Part shown: one piece after another, positions 16,920 through 24,776 of the stretch
How positions within the stretch are numbered: the first letter of the stretch is position 1
Layout of the letters: the number at the start of each line of letters is the position of its first letter
Assembly (NCBI RefSeq): GCF_047555085.1
Contig: NZ_CP180230.1
Span: forward strand, 750,001 to 782,000
DNA: 32,000 nucleotides
Source of the DNA: Candidatus Saccharimonadota bacterium
GTDB lineage: Archaea; Nanohalarchaeota; Nanosalinia; Nanosalinales; Nanosalinaceae
Direction: 5' to 3'
Made by a program: the position numbers and the translations under genes
Notes under the pieces: model-generated
What the model was told of the DNA's origin: nothing
Databases searched by the model: none
What the model saw: only the letters and a program-made list of their open reading frames with translations

Positions 16920-17183
16920 AGTCTGAAAGCAGGGTTTAAACCTTATTAACCTTACGCACCGCTGAACACTCCAAATACCCGCAGCCAAGGCCTTGTTACT
17001 CCTTTTAGCTAACAACAATATCTCGTTTTAATGATGTAATCAAAAACATCTCTACATCCTGCAAAACATTATAGAAACAATTTAAAACCGTTAAAAACAT
17101 AGAAGGCCTGAAAGCATGCTTTAAAAATGTGAAAAGGCGTTCAAGGCCTTTCAAAGCCCTGAATCCTTATACAATACGTCTCT

Positions 17184-17750
17184 TTATTCAAGAACTGATA
17201 CAAGTTCCTGTGCTGCCTGTTGTGCCTTGCCAGCCTTGTTTTCAATTGTTTTCAGGTATGCTCCTGTAAGAACTGATCCTGTAGCCGCCATTTCACGTGC
17301 TACAGACTGGTAAAGTTCTATTCCTTCTACTGATTCATGTTCACGATTTCTGCCGCCGTCCTCTGTGCTTCTGTCATATATCTCCTGTGCCGATGCGTCA
17401 AGTATGACTATGTGCTCTGGCTCAAGATTTTCTACAGTCCATTTTGGCAGGCCTGGAAGAAATCCGTGCGGTGTCTGAATAGCAGCGTGCGTATCGACGA
17501 TAATGTTGCCATCTTCTGCATCTTCAACTATGGACTCTGCCGCCTTTTTCTGTATATCTTTCTGTTCCTCTGCACTGATCTCCTTGATCTCGTCACGTGA
17601 ATCGATAAGATCTCTTTCCATAGCAAGATCAAGCATCCTGTCTCCGTAATTAATTATCTCGTAATCCTCCTCAGCCAGCTTCAAGGCCTCTTCAAGTACA
17701 GTGGATTTTCCAACTCCTGAAAGCCCTACTACAATATTGACGTTGCTCAT
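17184..17750 (-). CDS. adkA: Archaeal-type adenylate kinase
   Basis: P-loop VVGLSGVGKSTV and AdkA-like GDRMLDLA / VDTHA motifs. The start at MSNVNIVV makes an ATGA overlap with the cca stop. Confidence 0.9.
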   Translation of the reverse strand: MSNVNIVVGLSGVGKSTVLEEALKLAEEDYEIINYGDRMLDLAMERDLIDSRDEIKEISAEEQKDIQKKAAESIVEDAEDGNIIVDTHAAIQTPHGFLPGLPKWTVENLEPEHIVILDASAQEIYDRSTEDGGRNREHESVEGIELYQSVAREMAATGSVLTGAYLKTIENKAGKAQQAAQELVSVLE

Positions 17751-19111
17751 TGTTCTAACCTGAGTTTCCTGACCAAGAATTTTAACCATTCCTCATCCTC
17801 CTGAAATACATCCACCATCCTGAAGTCCTTGATCTTCTCCGCAACATTGCCGGGGACACCTTGCTCCTCCAGTTCAGAGGCCTCGCCGTCAAGGAAGTGC
17901 TTCAGCAGATTCCGGGCGTTGCTGAACTCCCGCTCCGTCTTCGCTACGACCCTGTCATCCTTCACGAAGGTGTTGTCGTACTTCTGTGTGAACTGTTCAA
18001 GATGTTCAACACCGTGGAAAATCTTGGGGCCTTTCTGATAGTATATCTCCGGCAAAGACTCATCCAGTTCAAACAGAATTCTGACTTCCTCGCCTACATG
18101 GAATCCTGACTCGAAAATCCGGAAGCCTGCATCTTCAAGTCGATCCTCCAGACGCCGCAGTGCCTTCCGGAGCTGCGGATAAAGTATATCATCAGGCCTG
18201 TCCGGTGTCTCGAACTCAAGTACGATAAAATCTCCTCGTCTCTCGATCTCCTTCCTCACAGCAAAGCTTTCAACATCAATATCTTCTCTGCGGAAGAAAT
18301 CCATCCCGGGCTCTCTGGAAAACTTCCAGGCCTGATAGACGAAACGTGAATAGTTCTCCAGAGTTAGTACTGAAGCCACGTTCCTCTCAGAGTCGACAGG
18401 ATCAATGACGACCAGCGGCTCATCCCTGAAGCGTTTCTCCAGATTCTCCGGAAGTTCATCGTGATAATCTTCAGGATCAAAGAACTCTGTTTCACTCCAC
18501 TCGCTGGCCGACCTCAGAAGATCGTCGAACGAGCCGAATTCATAGATCAAAAGTTCACACAGATAGCCAGAAAATCCCTGAACCTTGAGAGAAGAACCAT
18601 AAATACCTGAGGCCCGGAGGAAAGCCTTCAGAAGTACGACGTCTTCACACTGCTTCGATGAAAGATTCTCCCTCACCCACTTCGCATGATGCGGGCTTCT
18701 ATCAACAGCACTGATTATATCATCCGGATCTGTATCGTAACACGGCACTATCTCGACTTCCAGGCCTTCGATCACGCCTTTAGTGTAAGGATGCTCGGCA
18801 TAATCGACTTCGTATTCTCCTTCAAACTCTTCGAAGACTTTTCTACCTATTTCAAGGCCTTTCTGTTCCAGCTCCCTTCTCTCCATATCTTCAGGGAAGA
18901 GTACGAAGAGATCGAGATCTCTGTCACCAGTCATGCACGTCTTTCTACCTGCTGAGCCGGCGAAGAATGTTTCAAATCCGAACTCTTCCTGTATGAAACC
19001 AGATATTTTCTCATAGGCCCGTTCCAGTTCGTCAAACTCTTCCTGTTCCGGATAGAACTGATCTACAGCCTTTCTCCTTATCTTTTCCCAGCTTATTTTG
19101 GAGTTGTCCAT
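17747..19111 (-). CDS. cca: CCA-adding enzyme (class I tRNA nucleotidyltransferase)
   Basis: AGSAGRKTCMTGDRDLDLFVLFP nucleotidyltransferase motif and archaeal CCA enzyme length. The track start is TTG 19159. I prefer ATG 19111 (MDNSKISWEKI...). Confidence 0.92.
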   Translation of the reverse strand: MDNSKISWEKIRRKAVDQFYPEQEEFDELERAYEKISGFIQEEFGFETFFAGSAGRKTCMTGDRDLDLFVLFPEDMERRELEQKGLEIGRKVFEEFEGEYEVDYAEHPYTKGVIEGLEVEIVPCYDTDPDDIISAVDRSPHHAKWVRENLSSKQCEDVVLLKAFLRASGIYGSSLKVQGFSGYLCELLIYEFGSFDDLLRSASEWSETEFFDPEDYHDELPENLEKRFRDEPLVVIDPVDSERNVASVLTLENYSRFVYQAWKFSREPGMDFFRREDIDVESFAVRKEIERRGDFIVLEFETPDRPDDILYPQLRKALRRLEDRLEDAGFRIFESGFHVGEEVRILFELDESLPEIYYQKGPKIFHGVEHLEQFTQKYDNTFVKDDRVVAKTEREFSNARNLLKHFLDGEASELEEQGVPGNVAEKIKDFRMVDVFQEDEEWLKFLVRKLRLEQ

Positions 19112-19183
19112 GTACAGGCCTTTATCATCGATTAATTTAATCTCTTTCCGCAGAATCAAGAAAGAAAAAATATGGCGAATATT

Positions 19184-19207
19184 AGAGGCCTCAAGGCGGA
19201 GGCCTCT
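19184..19207 (-). terminator. Hairpin AGAGGCCTC-aaggcg-GAGGCCTCT downstream of eif5a
   Basis: Perfect 9-bp stem built from two AGGCCT copies (19186, 19200), about 15 nt past the eif5a stop. T-runs flank it on the - strand (T5 before, T6 after at complement of 19165-19170). Confidence 0.45.
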
Positions 19208-19221
19208 GAAAAAATTGTTTT

Positions 19222-19605
19222 TTACTCTTCTACGCCTTTGAAGAGTTTTCTGTCGTCGACTACCCAGTAGTTGATCTTCTGTCCTTCTGAGACATCGAAG
19301 TCGTCAGGGATCTGCATTTCTTCTGTCTCGTAGGTGTCCATGTCCATGACCTGTGCGACGTCTTCTTCCTGTGAGACAACCTGGCCGACTTTCTTGTCCA
19401 TGTCCGGGCTGAGCATCATTGTGTCAGCCGGCTTTGTGATATGTCTGTCTTTTTCGTCGAATAGGCCTCGGGCCTTGATCTTGGCCTTGGCGCTTCCGTG
19501 TTTTCCAGGGCTTGATTTGGATACGTCTCTAACTTCACATGGTTCTCCGTCAATCATGACGAAGGATCCGTTGCGTAGTTTTCCTGCTTCAACTTGCTTC
19601 GGCAT
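19222..19605 (-). CDS. eif5a: Translation initiation factor 5A (aIF5A)
   Basis: MPKQVEAGKLRNGSFVMIDGEPC...SSPGKHGSAKA carries the hypusine-loop PGKHG motif. ATG at 19605 is preferred to the track's TTG at 19611. Confidence 0.95.
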   Translation of the reverse strand: MPKQVEAGKLRNGSFVMIDGEPCEVRDVSKSSPGKHGSAKAKIKARGLFDEKDRHITKPADTMMLSPDMDKKVGQVVSQEEDVAQVMDMDTYETEEMQIPDDFDVSEGQKINYWVVDDRKLFKGVEE

Positions 19606-19611
19606 CTTCAA

Positions 19612-19809
19612 TCACTGTGTTGCAATTTCAACGTCTTCTTCTTTTACGGTGTTTCTACCTGCGTGGCTTGCCATGTTGACGGCGTCAGCAGCTACTTCTT
19701 CGCCTAGATCTTCTAGTGCGAATCTTAGTTGATCTACTGCTTCTTCTGAAACTCTTTCTGCTCCTGCCTTCCTGATTATTCTTTCAATTGGTGCATTTGG
19801 TAAGCTCAT
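19612..19809 (-). CDS. Archaeal histone (HMf-type histone fold)
   Basis: 65 aa. LP.API.RIIRKAGAERVSEEA...L...LEE......A...A.HAGR.TVK.EDV matches archaeal histones. Its stop lies 6 nt upstream of the eif5a ATG, so it is probably co-transcribed. Confidence 0.93.
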   Translation of the reverse strand: MSLPNAPIERIIRKAGAERVSEEAVDQLRFALEDLGEEVAADAVNMASHAGRNTVKEEDVEIATQ

Positions 19810-19839
19810 TGTTAATCACAGTAAAAGTATCGCAGAACA

Positions 19840-19850
19840 TTTTTTAATAA
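19840..19850. promoter_or_regulatory. A/T box TTTTTTAATAA in the 66-bp divergent histone/nob1 spacer
   Basis: Centred about 36 nt from the histone ATG (19809) and about 31 nt from the nob1 ATG (19876). Confidence 0.3.
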
Positions 19851-19875
19851 TCAAAGGCCTTTCAAGTTGCATTAC

Positions 19876-20334
19876 ATGGAAGTAGCAGTCGATGCAAACG
19901 TAGTAATCCACGGCAGAAGAAGCAACAGTTTTGAAAAGGCCTACACAGTGCCCGAGATATTTGCAGAGCTTGAAAGCAAGGAGGCCCAGAGAAAAGCCGA
20001 TACCATGGATCTTAAGCCCAGAGAGCCGACAGAAAAATCTCTGAAACTTGTAGAAGAAACATCTGAAAAAATAAACTCTCCTACCTCTCATGAAGATGAA
20101 AAACTGGCTGCACTGGCACATTCACGGGAATTAACTCTTGTAACAGATGACAAGGCCTTGCAGAATCTTGCAGAAATTCTTGATATAGACTACACATCTT
20201 ACATGGACGAGGAAATAGAAGAGGCACTTGAATGGGAGCTTGTATGCGGAAACTGCGGTAAAGAAATCAGTTCTCAGCCGTGCCCTCGATGTGGGTCTGA
20301 GATGATCCAGAGGAAGGCCCGCTCGTATAATTAA
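19876..20334 (+). CDS. nob1: Nob1-like endonuclease (PIN domain + C-terminal zinc ribbon)
   Basis: The N-terminal VDANVVIHG and ...LVTDDKALQN acidic residues are typical of a PIN domain. The C-terminal CGNCG...CPRCG ribbon and the size match archaeal Nob1. The ATG at 19876 is preferred to the track's TTG at 19867. Confidence 0.8.
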   Translation: MEVAVDANVVIHGRRSNSFEKAYTVPEIFAELESKEAQRKADTMDLKPREPTEKSLKLVEETSEKINSPTSHEDEKLAALAHSRELTLVTDDKALQNLAEILDIDYTSYMDEEIEEALEWELVCGNCGKEISSQPCPRCGSEMIQRKARSYN

Positions 20335-21334
20335 GAGCGAACTCCTTAGTCAGTATCAGTAGCAGAGGCCCTATTATTATCCCCTTGAAGCCCAGTACGA
20401 GAGGCCCTGTAAGGAATCCAAGGAAAATCACAAGAGGATGCTCATCCATCTGCTTTGAGCCGATGTAAGGCCTCAGGAATATTTCAGTCATGACGTTGAT
20501 GACTACAGATCCGAAAATAAGAATTAGAGCTCCTTTAAGCGGATCTCCTATCATGAAGTAGTATATTCCAATAGGCCCGTAGATCATGAAAGCTGCTACA
20601 AGCGGGAGAAGTGCTGCAACTCCTATTAGTATAGACCATAGCGGAATAAACGGTACTGGAGAAGTCACCATCGATATCAGGTAGAATCCCATACCTGCAA
20701 CTAGAGCAAGTATGAATGCTACTATGAACTGCGTCATGAAGACTCCTTTGAATATTTCATCTATTGATTTAAGAAGCGACTTCACAATTCCTCTTTCAGG
20801 CTCCGGTATGTTATTCAGTATCGATCGCAGCTGGTTTTCAAGCTTGTTTCTATCTTTGTAGAGGAAAAGTGTAGTTACAAGGAATATTCCAACATCTATA
20901 AGCAGTGTAGGTATGGAGGCGAAAGTTGAGACAAGCTCATTCGTAGCTCTGTCAGATACCCTGTTTATAACAGATTCAACGTTGGCCTGGAACTGTTCGG
21001 AAAGATTCAGGAAATCCACCGCACTCAGTATCCCGCTTCTCAGAGAGCCTGTAAACTGATTGAACTGTGAAAGTATATCGAAAAAGTTATTGATGAAAAA
21101 GTAAAGGAAAGCTACAAGGCCTACAACGACTGCCGATATCACTATAGTGGACGAAAGTAGTTCGTTGTCCAGTCTGCTATCGAGGCGCTCATGGCCAAAC
21201 CGCAGTAGATACGAGACAACTATAGCAAGTACTATCGCGTCAAGAAACGGATAAAGTATGAACATGCTGCCCAGGACCAGTAGCAGCGTCACGAGTATAG
21301 TTTCTCTCTGCGACCTGAGCTCGTTATCCGTCAT
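20267..21334 (-). CDS. AI-2E family transporter (PerM/UPF0118 permease)
   Basis: 355 aa, multi-pass membrane protein with an AI-2E-like organisation. The C-terminal 22 codons overlap the 3' end of nob1. Confidence 0.8.
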   Translation of the reverse strand: MTDNELRSQRETILVTLLLVLGSMFILYPFLDAIVLAIVVSYLLRFGHERLDSRLDNELLSSTIVISAVVVGLVAFLYFFINNFFDILSQFNQFTGSLRSGILSAVDFLNLSEQFQANVESVINRVSDRATNELVSTFASIPTLLIDVGIFLVTTLFLYKDRNKLENQLRSILNNIPEPERGIVKSLLKSIDEIFKGVFMTQFIVAFILALVAGMGFYLISMVTSPVPFIPLWSILIGVAALLPLVAAFMIYGPIGIYYFMIGDPLKGALILIFGSVVINVMTEIFLRPYIGSKQMDEHPLVIFLGFLTGPLVLGFKGIIIGPLLLILTKEFALNYTSGPSSGSSQTHIEGTAEN

Positions 21335-21479
21335 ACATACCCTATATTTCAGAAAAGTTAAATCAGCTAGGGACAGCCGCCAGAACAGGCCTGTGTTGTC
21401 ACTGAGGCCTCAAAGATACAGGGGTAACGCATAAAAAGATTGCGGTAAAGTTAAAATGTTATAAGGTGTTTAATTAAAA

Positions 21480-22580
21480 ATGAGCCAGGATTCTGCAGAG
21501 AACATTCCAAGAAGGCAGCACGATAACTATGAAGTACCTGACGAGTGGAAGGAAGACGAAGAGGCCTCTGAGACATCGGATAATGAAGCCGAGTCCGGAG
21601 AGGTAGATCCCAGTGAAGTTGAAGATGGAGAGGGATACGAGCTACGTCAGGAAGAAGCAGAGGAAGGAGATGAAGTCCTTACATGTTCAGAGTGTGGAGG
21701 ACAGCAGTTCGAGGAAGATTCCTCCAAGGGAGAGCTTATCTGTATCAGCTGTGGAACAGTAATCGATGAGAACAGGATCGACGAATCCGCAGAGTATAGA
21801 GCTTTCAACGCCGAGGAAAAGGAGAAGAAGGCGCGTGCAGGACAGCCACTAACATATACTAAGCACGACATGGGAATCTCCACGGAGATCGGACAGGGAA
21901 GTGGAGAACTCTACAAAGTCTCAGGGAACAAGAGAGCTCAGTACTACAGACTGAGAAAATGGCACAAGAGACTGACGAAGTCAAAGGACAGGAATCTTGG
22001 ATTCGCTCTATCCGAGCTGAACTCCATGATCTCCAACCTGAACCTGCCAGAAAGCGTCCACGAGGAGACAGCACGACTGTATGAGAAATCCGTCGATCAG
22101 GGCCTCGTGAGAGGACGATCAATGGAGTCCATCATCTCAGCAATCATTTACATTGTAGCACGTAAGCAGGGAACACCGAGAACTCTTGACGAGATCTCTG
22201 ATGCTTCCGGAATCGAAAAGAGGGAGATTGGAAGAGCTTACAGATACGTGGCACGTGAACTAGGCCTCAGGATTCTTCCAGCGAAGCCTCAGGACTACGT
22301 ACCAAGATTCGCCGGAAAACTCCAGCTTTCTGGAGAAGTCCAGGCAAGAGCACGTCAGATCCTGAAGGAGGCAAGAGAAAGAGACCTACTCTCAGGAAAA
22401 GGCCCTACAGGCCTTGCCGCTGCAGCACTCTACATCGCAGCAGTACTTGAAGGCGAGAAGAGAACACAGAGAGAAGTTGCCGATGTAGTCGGAGTCACAG
22501 AAGTGACAATCAGAAACCGCTACAAGGAACTTGCAGAGAAGCTAGGCCTTGAGGAAGAATTGGAAGAGAAATCCAATTAA
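21480..22580 (+). CDS. tfb: Transcription initiation factor B (TFB) with a long acidic N-terminal extension
   Basis: Zn ribbon CSECGG...CISCG, a B-reader/linker and two cyclin repeats (SAIIYIVARKQG.PRTLDEI; AAALYIAAVLEGEKRTQREVA). An AAGGTG SD-like motif lies upstream. Confidence 0.96.
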   Translation: MSQDSAENIPRRQHDNYEVPDEWKEDEEASETSDNEAESGEVDPSEVEDGEGYELRQEEAEEGDEVLTCSECGGQQFEEDSSKGELICISCGTVIDENRIDESAEYRAFNAEEKEKKARAGQPLTYTKHDMGISTEIGQGSGELYKVSGNKRAQYYRLRKWHKRLTKSKDRNLGFALSELNSMISNLNLPESVHEETARLYEKSVDQGLVRGRSMESIISAIIYIVARKQGTPRTLDEISDASGIEKREIGRAYRYVARELGLRILPAKPQDYVPRFAGKLQLSGEVQARARQILKEARERDLLSGKGPTGLAAAALYIAAVLEGEKRTQREVADVVGVTEVTIRNRYKELAEKLGLEEELEEKSN

Positions 22581-22627
22581 AGGCCTTTTCTCACTACATA
22601 TTTCTTTTTTCTTGTCAATAACTATTC

Positions 22628-23062
22628 TTAATCCATCGTTGCTGGTTCTGTAACATTTGTATCCGCTGAAACATCCATAGATTCTTCAACACTATCTGTT
22701 TCCATATATGCTGATAGGCTGAAAACATCGTAAGCTGGCTTCCAGATATCTTTGGCACGATATCTTTGATCTTCAGCGCCATCCACGCCTATCTCAACCA
22801 TTACCTGTCTAGCGAGGACATCATCATTGTGAACAGTGGCTTTCCAGTAGTCCTTTGCATAATCTCTGTCAAGCTGGACTTGCATTGAAACGTCCGCTGT
22901 CTCTGCACCGTTGAGAACTTCTTGCGCAGTAGCATCTACTCCTAGTTCTGAAAAAAGCTCATTAATTTGCTCTCTATCCGCTCCCGTTACCTCATCACTA
23001 CCCGCTTCTATTTCTGGCGGCGTAGATCGATTAGAGGCGTAACCACTATTGCTGTACCTCAT
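22628..23062 (-). CDS. Hypothetical acidic protein
   Basis: About 144 aa from ATG 23062 (the track's TTG is at 23068). A TTTAAAT box lies about 30 nt upstream. I recognise no family. Confidence 0.5.
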   Translation of the reverse strand: MRYSNSGYASNRSTPPEIEAGSDEVTGADREQINELFSELGVDATAQEVLNGAETADVSMQVQLDRDYAKDYWKATVHNDDVLARQVMVEIGVDGAEDQRYRAKDIWKPAYDVFSLSAYMETDSVEESMDVSADTNVTEPATMD

Positions 23063-23172
23063 TTGCAATAAAAAATGCGGCCAGCGGATTTAAAAAATTT
23101 CGCATACAAACGGGAGGCCTTCCAGATACCTCCAGAAACTCGTGAGAACATTGATTTACTCTGGAAGATTTT

Positions 23173-24288
23173 TCAATCGCTTTGTTCAGTTATGCTTGCA
23201 TCTCTGATCTCTGATCTAATATCTTCAAATGGAGCATCCGTCTTCAGGCCTGTAGGCGAGAAATGTGTTCTTGAAACTATGTATCCTTTGTCCTTTAGAG
23301 CTTCTATAACTTCATCTCTTTTAGGGGCCTGTATCTCCAGCTCGGAGGCCATCTCGTGGATATCGTAGAAAGGAGTTTTGATCGAGGCCTCTGAATCAAT
23401 TATACGTACTTTCTCGTGGGCCTCTTCCCATTCTTCCGGTGTCTTTTCAAGCATTTTTTCAGTGAATCTCTGATCGGAAAGCTTTCCCGTCCAGAGAGGG
23501 CCTGCGATCTCCGTTTCTTCGCCGCATTTCTCACATTCTTCTTTTCTCTCCAGTGTTCTCCAGCGGCATCCCCGGCAGAAACTCAGGTAGCCTATATTAT
23601 CCAGATTTCTGTTCGTTCTTCTTTTGGATTCAGTCACTCTGCCCATCACACGGCTGTAATGCCGTTCATGGAAGCAGATCTTTGGCTCAAAGCATTTATC
23701 GAAGCGTGCAAAGTTCTGGAAAACTTCCTTGATATATATTCTGAGGCCTGTCTCATGCATGAAGCTGTTGCGAAGAGGCCTGGATCCATAACGTCTCTCA
23801 CAGACTGTAGGATAACTTCCGGATGGTGCCGAGTTATCTGTCGCTGTAAATCCGACGAAACTTGTGTGATTTGCGGCTCTGGCTGTTGAGTCCAGGAACT
23901 TGGTGAAAGGTCCGAACGGATCAACATCTATAAGGTGGAAGAAGTTTCTCTTTTCCGAGAGCAGTACATTTGCATCTTTCTCCGTTGTCTCTGCATCCAT
24001 ATCGTTCATTTTCAGGCCTTTCTGTATAGCTTCCTGGGCCTCGGGATTTGGATCGTTCAAATACAGTTTATCGTTTTCTTCGGCGTATCGGAATCCTCTG
24101 ATACCGGATCCTGATGTTGCGTCGCATACTCTCAAGTGATCTAGATCTACCTGTTCCCGGAAAACTTTGACAGCTACTTCTGATATGTCTCTGTTGAGCT
24201 GCATCTCCGGATTGTAGAACACATCTGCATCTTTAGTTACCTCATCCTCTGAGGCCTCGAACTTTACCCCTCGTTCCTCCATTTCCAT
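23173..24288 (-). CDS. trm1: tRNA (guanine(26)-N2)-dimethyltransferase Trm1
   Basis: 371 aa. FYNP.MQLNRDIS, the SAM-binding DATSGSGIRGFRYA, DVDPFG and a C-terminal Cys cluster (CRGCRW...CEKCG) typical of archaeal Trm1. Confidence 0.93.
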   Translation of the reverse strand: MEMEERGVKFEASEDEVTKDADVFYNPEMQLNRDISEVAVKVFREQVDLDHLRVCDATSGSGIRGFRYAEENDKLYLNDPNPEAQEAIQKGLKMNDMDAETTEKDANVLLSEKRNFFHLIDVDPFGPFTKFLDSTARAANHTSFVGFTATDNSAPSGSYPTVCERRYGSRPLRNSFMHETGLRIYIKEVFQNFARFDKCFEPKICFHERHYSRVMGRVTESKRRTNRNLDNIGYLSFCRGCRWRTLERKEECEKCGEETEIAGPLWTGKLSDQRFTEKMLEKTPEEWEEAHEKVRIIDSEASIKTPFYDIHEMASELEIQAPKRDEVIEALKDKGYIVSRTHFSPTGLKTDAPFEDIRSEIRDASITEQSD

Positions 24289-24430
24289 AATATATTATGG
24301 TAGAGTTAATTACGAGAATTTTTAACTTAGGTCCAACACTACAGAAATTTTTATAAATGGAAGAGCGGAGCGCGCCGGGATGTCCTTTATAAGTCTTCCA
24401 GAGACGGTCTAGTAACAAGGTGCAGAGCTC

Positions 24431-24754
24431 TTGAAAACAGTAGTCGAGCAGGTTAAGGATGCCGAGGAAAAGGCTGAAGAAAAAATTGAACAGGCCAGAG
24501 AGGAAAAGCAGGAAATAATCGAAGAGGCCCGTGAAAAGGCCGAGGAGAAAATCGAGAAGGCCAGGAAAAGAAGCTCGGAGAAGAAGGAGAAGGAACTTGA
24601 AGACTTCGAACAAGAGCTTGAGGAAAAGAAACAGAGTATTATCGAAGAGGCAGAAAAAGAGGCTGAAGAGCTTCGAAGAGATGCCGAAGAAAACGAGGAT
24701 TCTGCAGTCGAGTTTCTAACGGAGAAATTCACTGAAGAATTTCTTGAAGGGTGA
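24431..24754 (+). CDS. atpH: A-type ATP synthase subunit H
   Basis: 107-aa E/K-rich coiled-coil protein immediately upstream of atpI, the canonical position. The TTG start is the only in-frame start after an upstream stop, and AAGGTG lies 8 nt upstream. Confidence 0.7.
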   Translation: MKTVVEQVKDAEEKAEEKIEQAREEKQEIIEEAREKAEEKIEKARKRSSEKKEKELEDFEQELEEKKQSIIEEAEKEAEELRRDAEENEDSAVEFLTEKFTEEFLEG

Positions 24755-24776
24755 TTAAGCCATCAAGCCTGTTGAA

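Noticed and set aside
17028-17111. Possible C/D-box sRNA (AATGATG at about 17030, CTGA at 17108)
   Set aside because: The box spacing of about 77 nt is too long. There are no convincing internal C'/D' boxes or terminal stem, so the boxes are probably chance matches in AT-rich DNA.
24362-24380. GC-rich island (GAGCGGAGCGCGCCGGGA) between two TATA-like boxes upstream of the atp operon, flanked by TGGAAGA/TCTTCCA inverted repeats
   Set aside because: It might be a regulatory site or a 5'-UTR structure. However, the stem is only 7 bp with a 33-nt loop, and I cannot place the TSS. The support is too weak to call.
24242-24732. Two - strand ORFs (24242-24613, 24409-24732) and a + frame-shifted ORF (24531-24719) over atpH
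   Set aside because: They are artefacts of the GAA/GAG/AAG-rich coding of the E/K coiled coil. The antisense translations are Phe/Ser/Leu low-complexity and the alternative + frame is poly-R/K.
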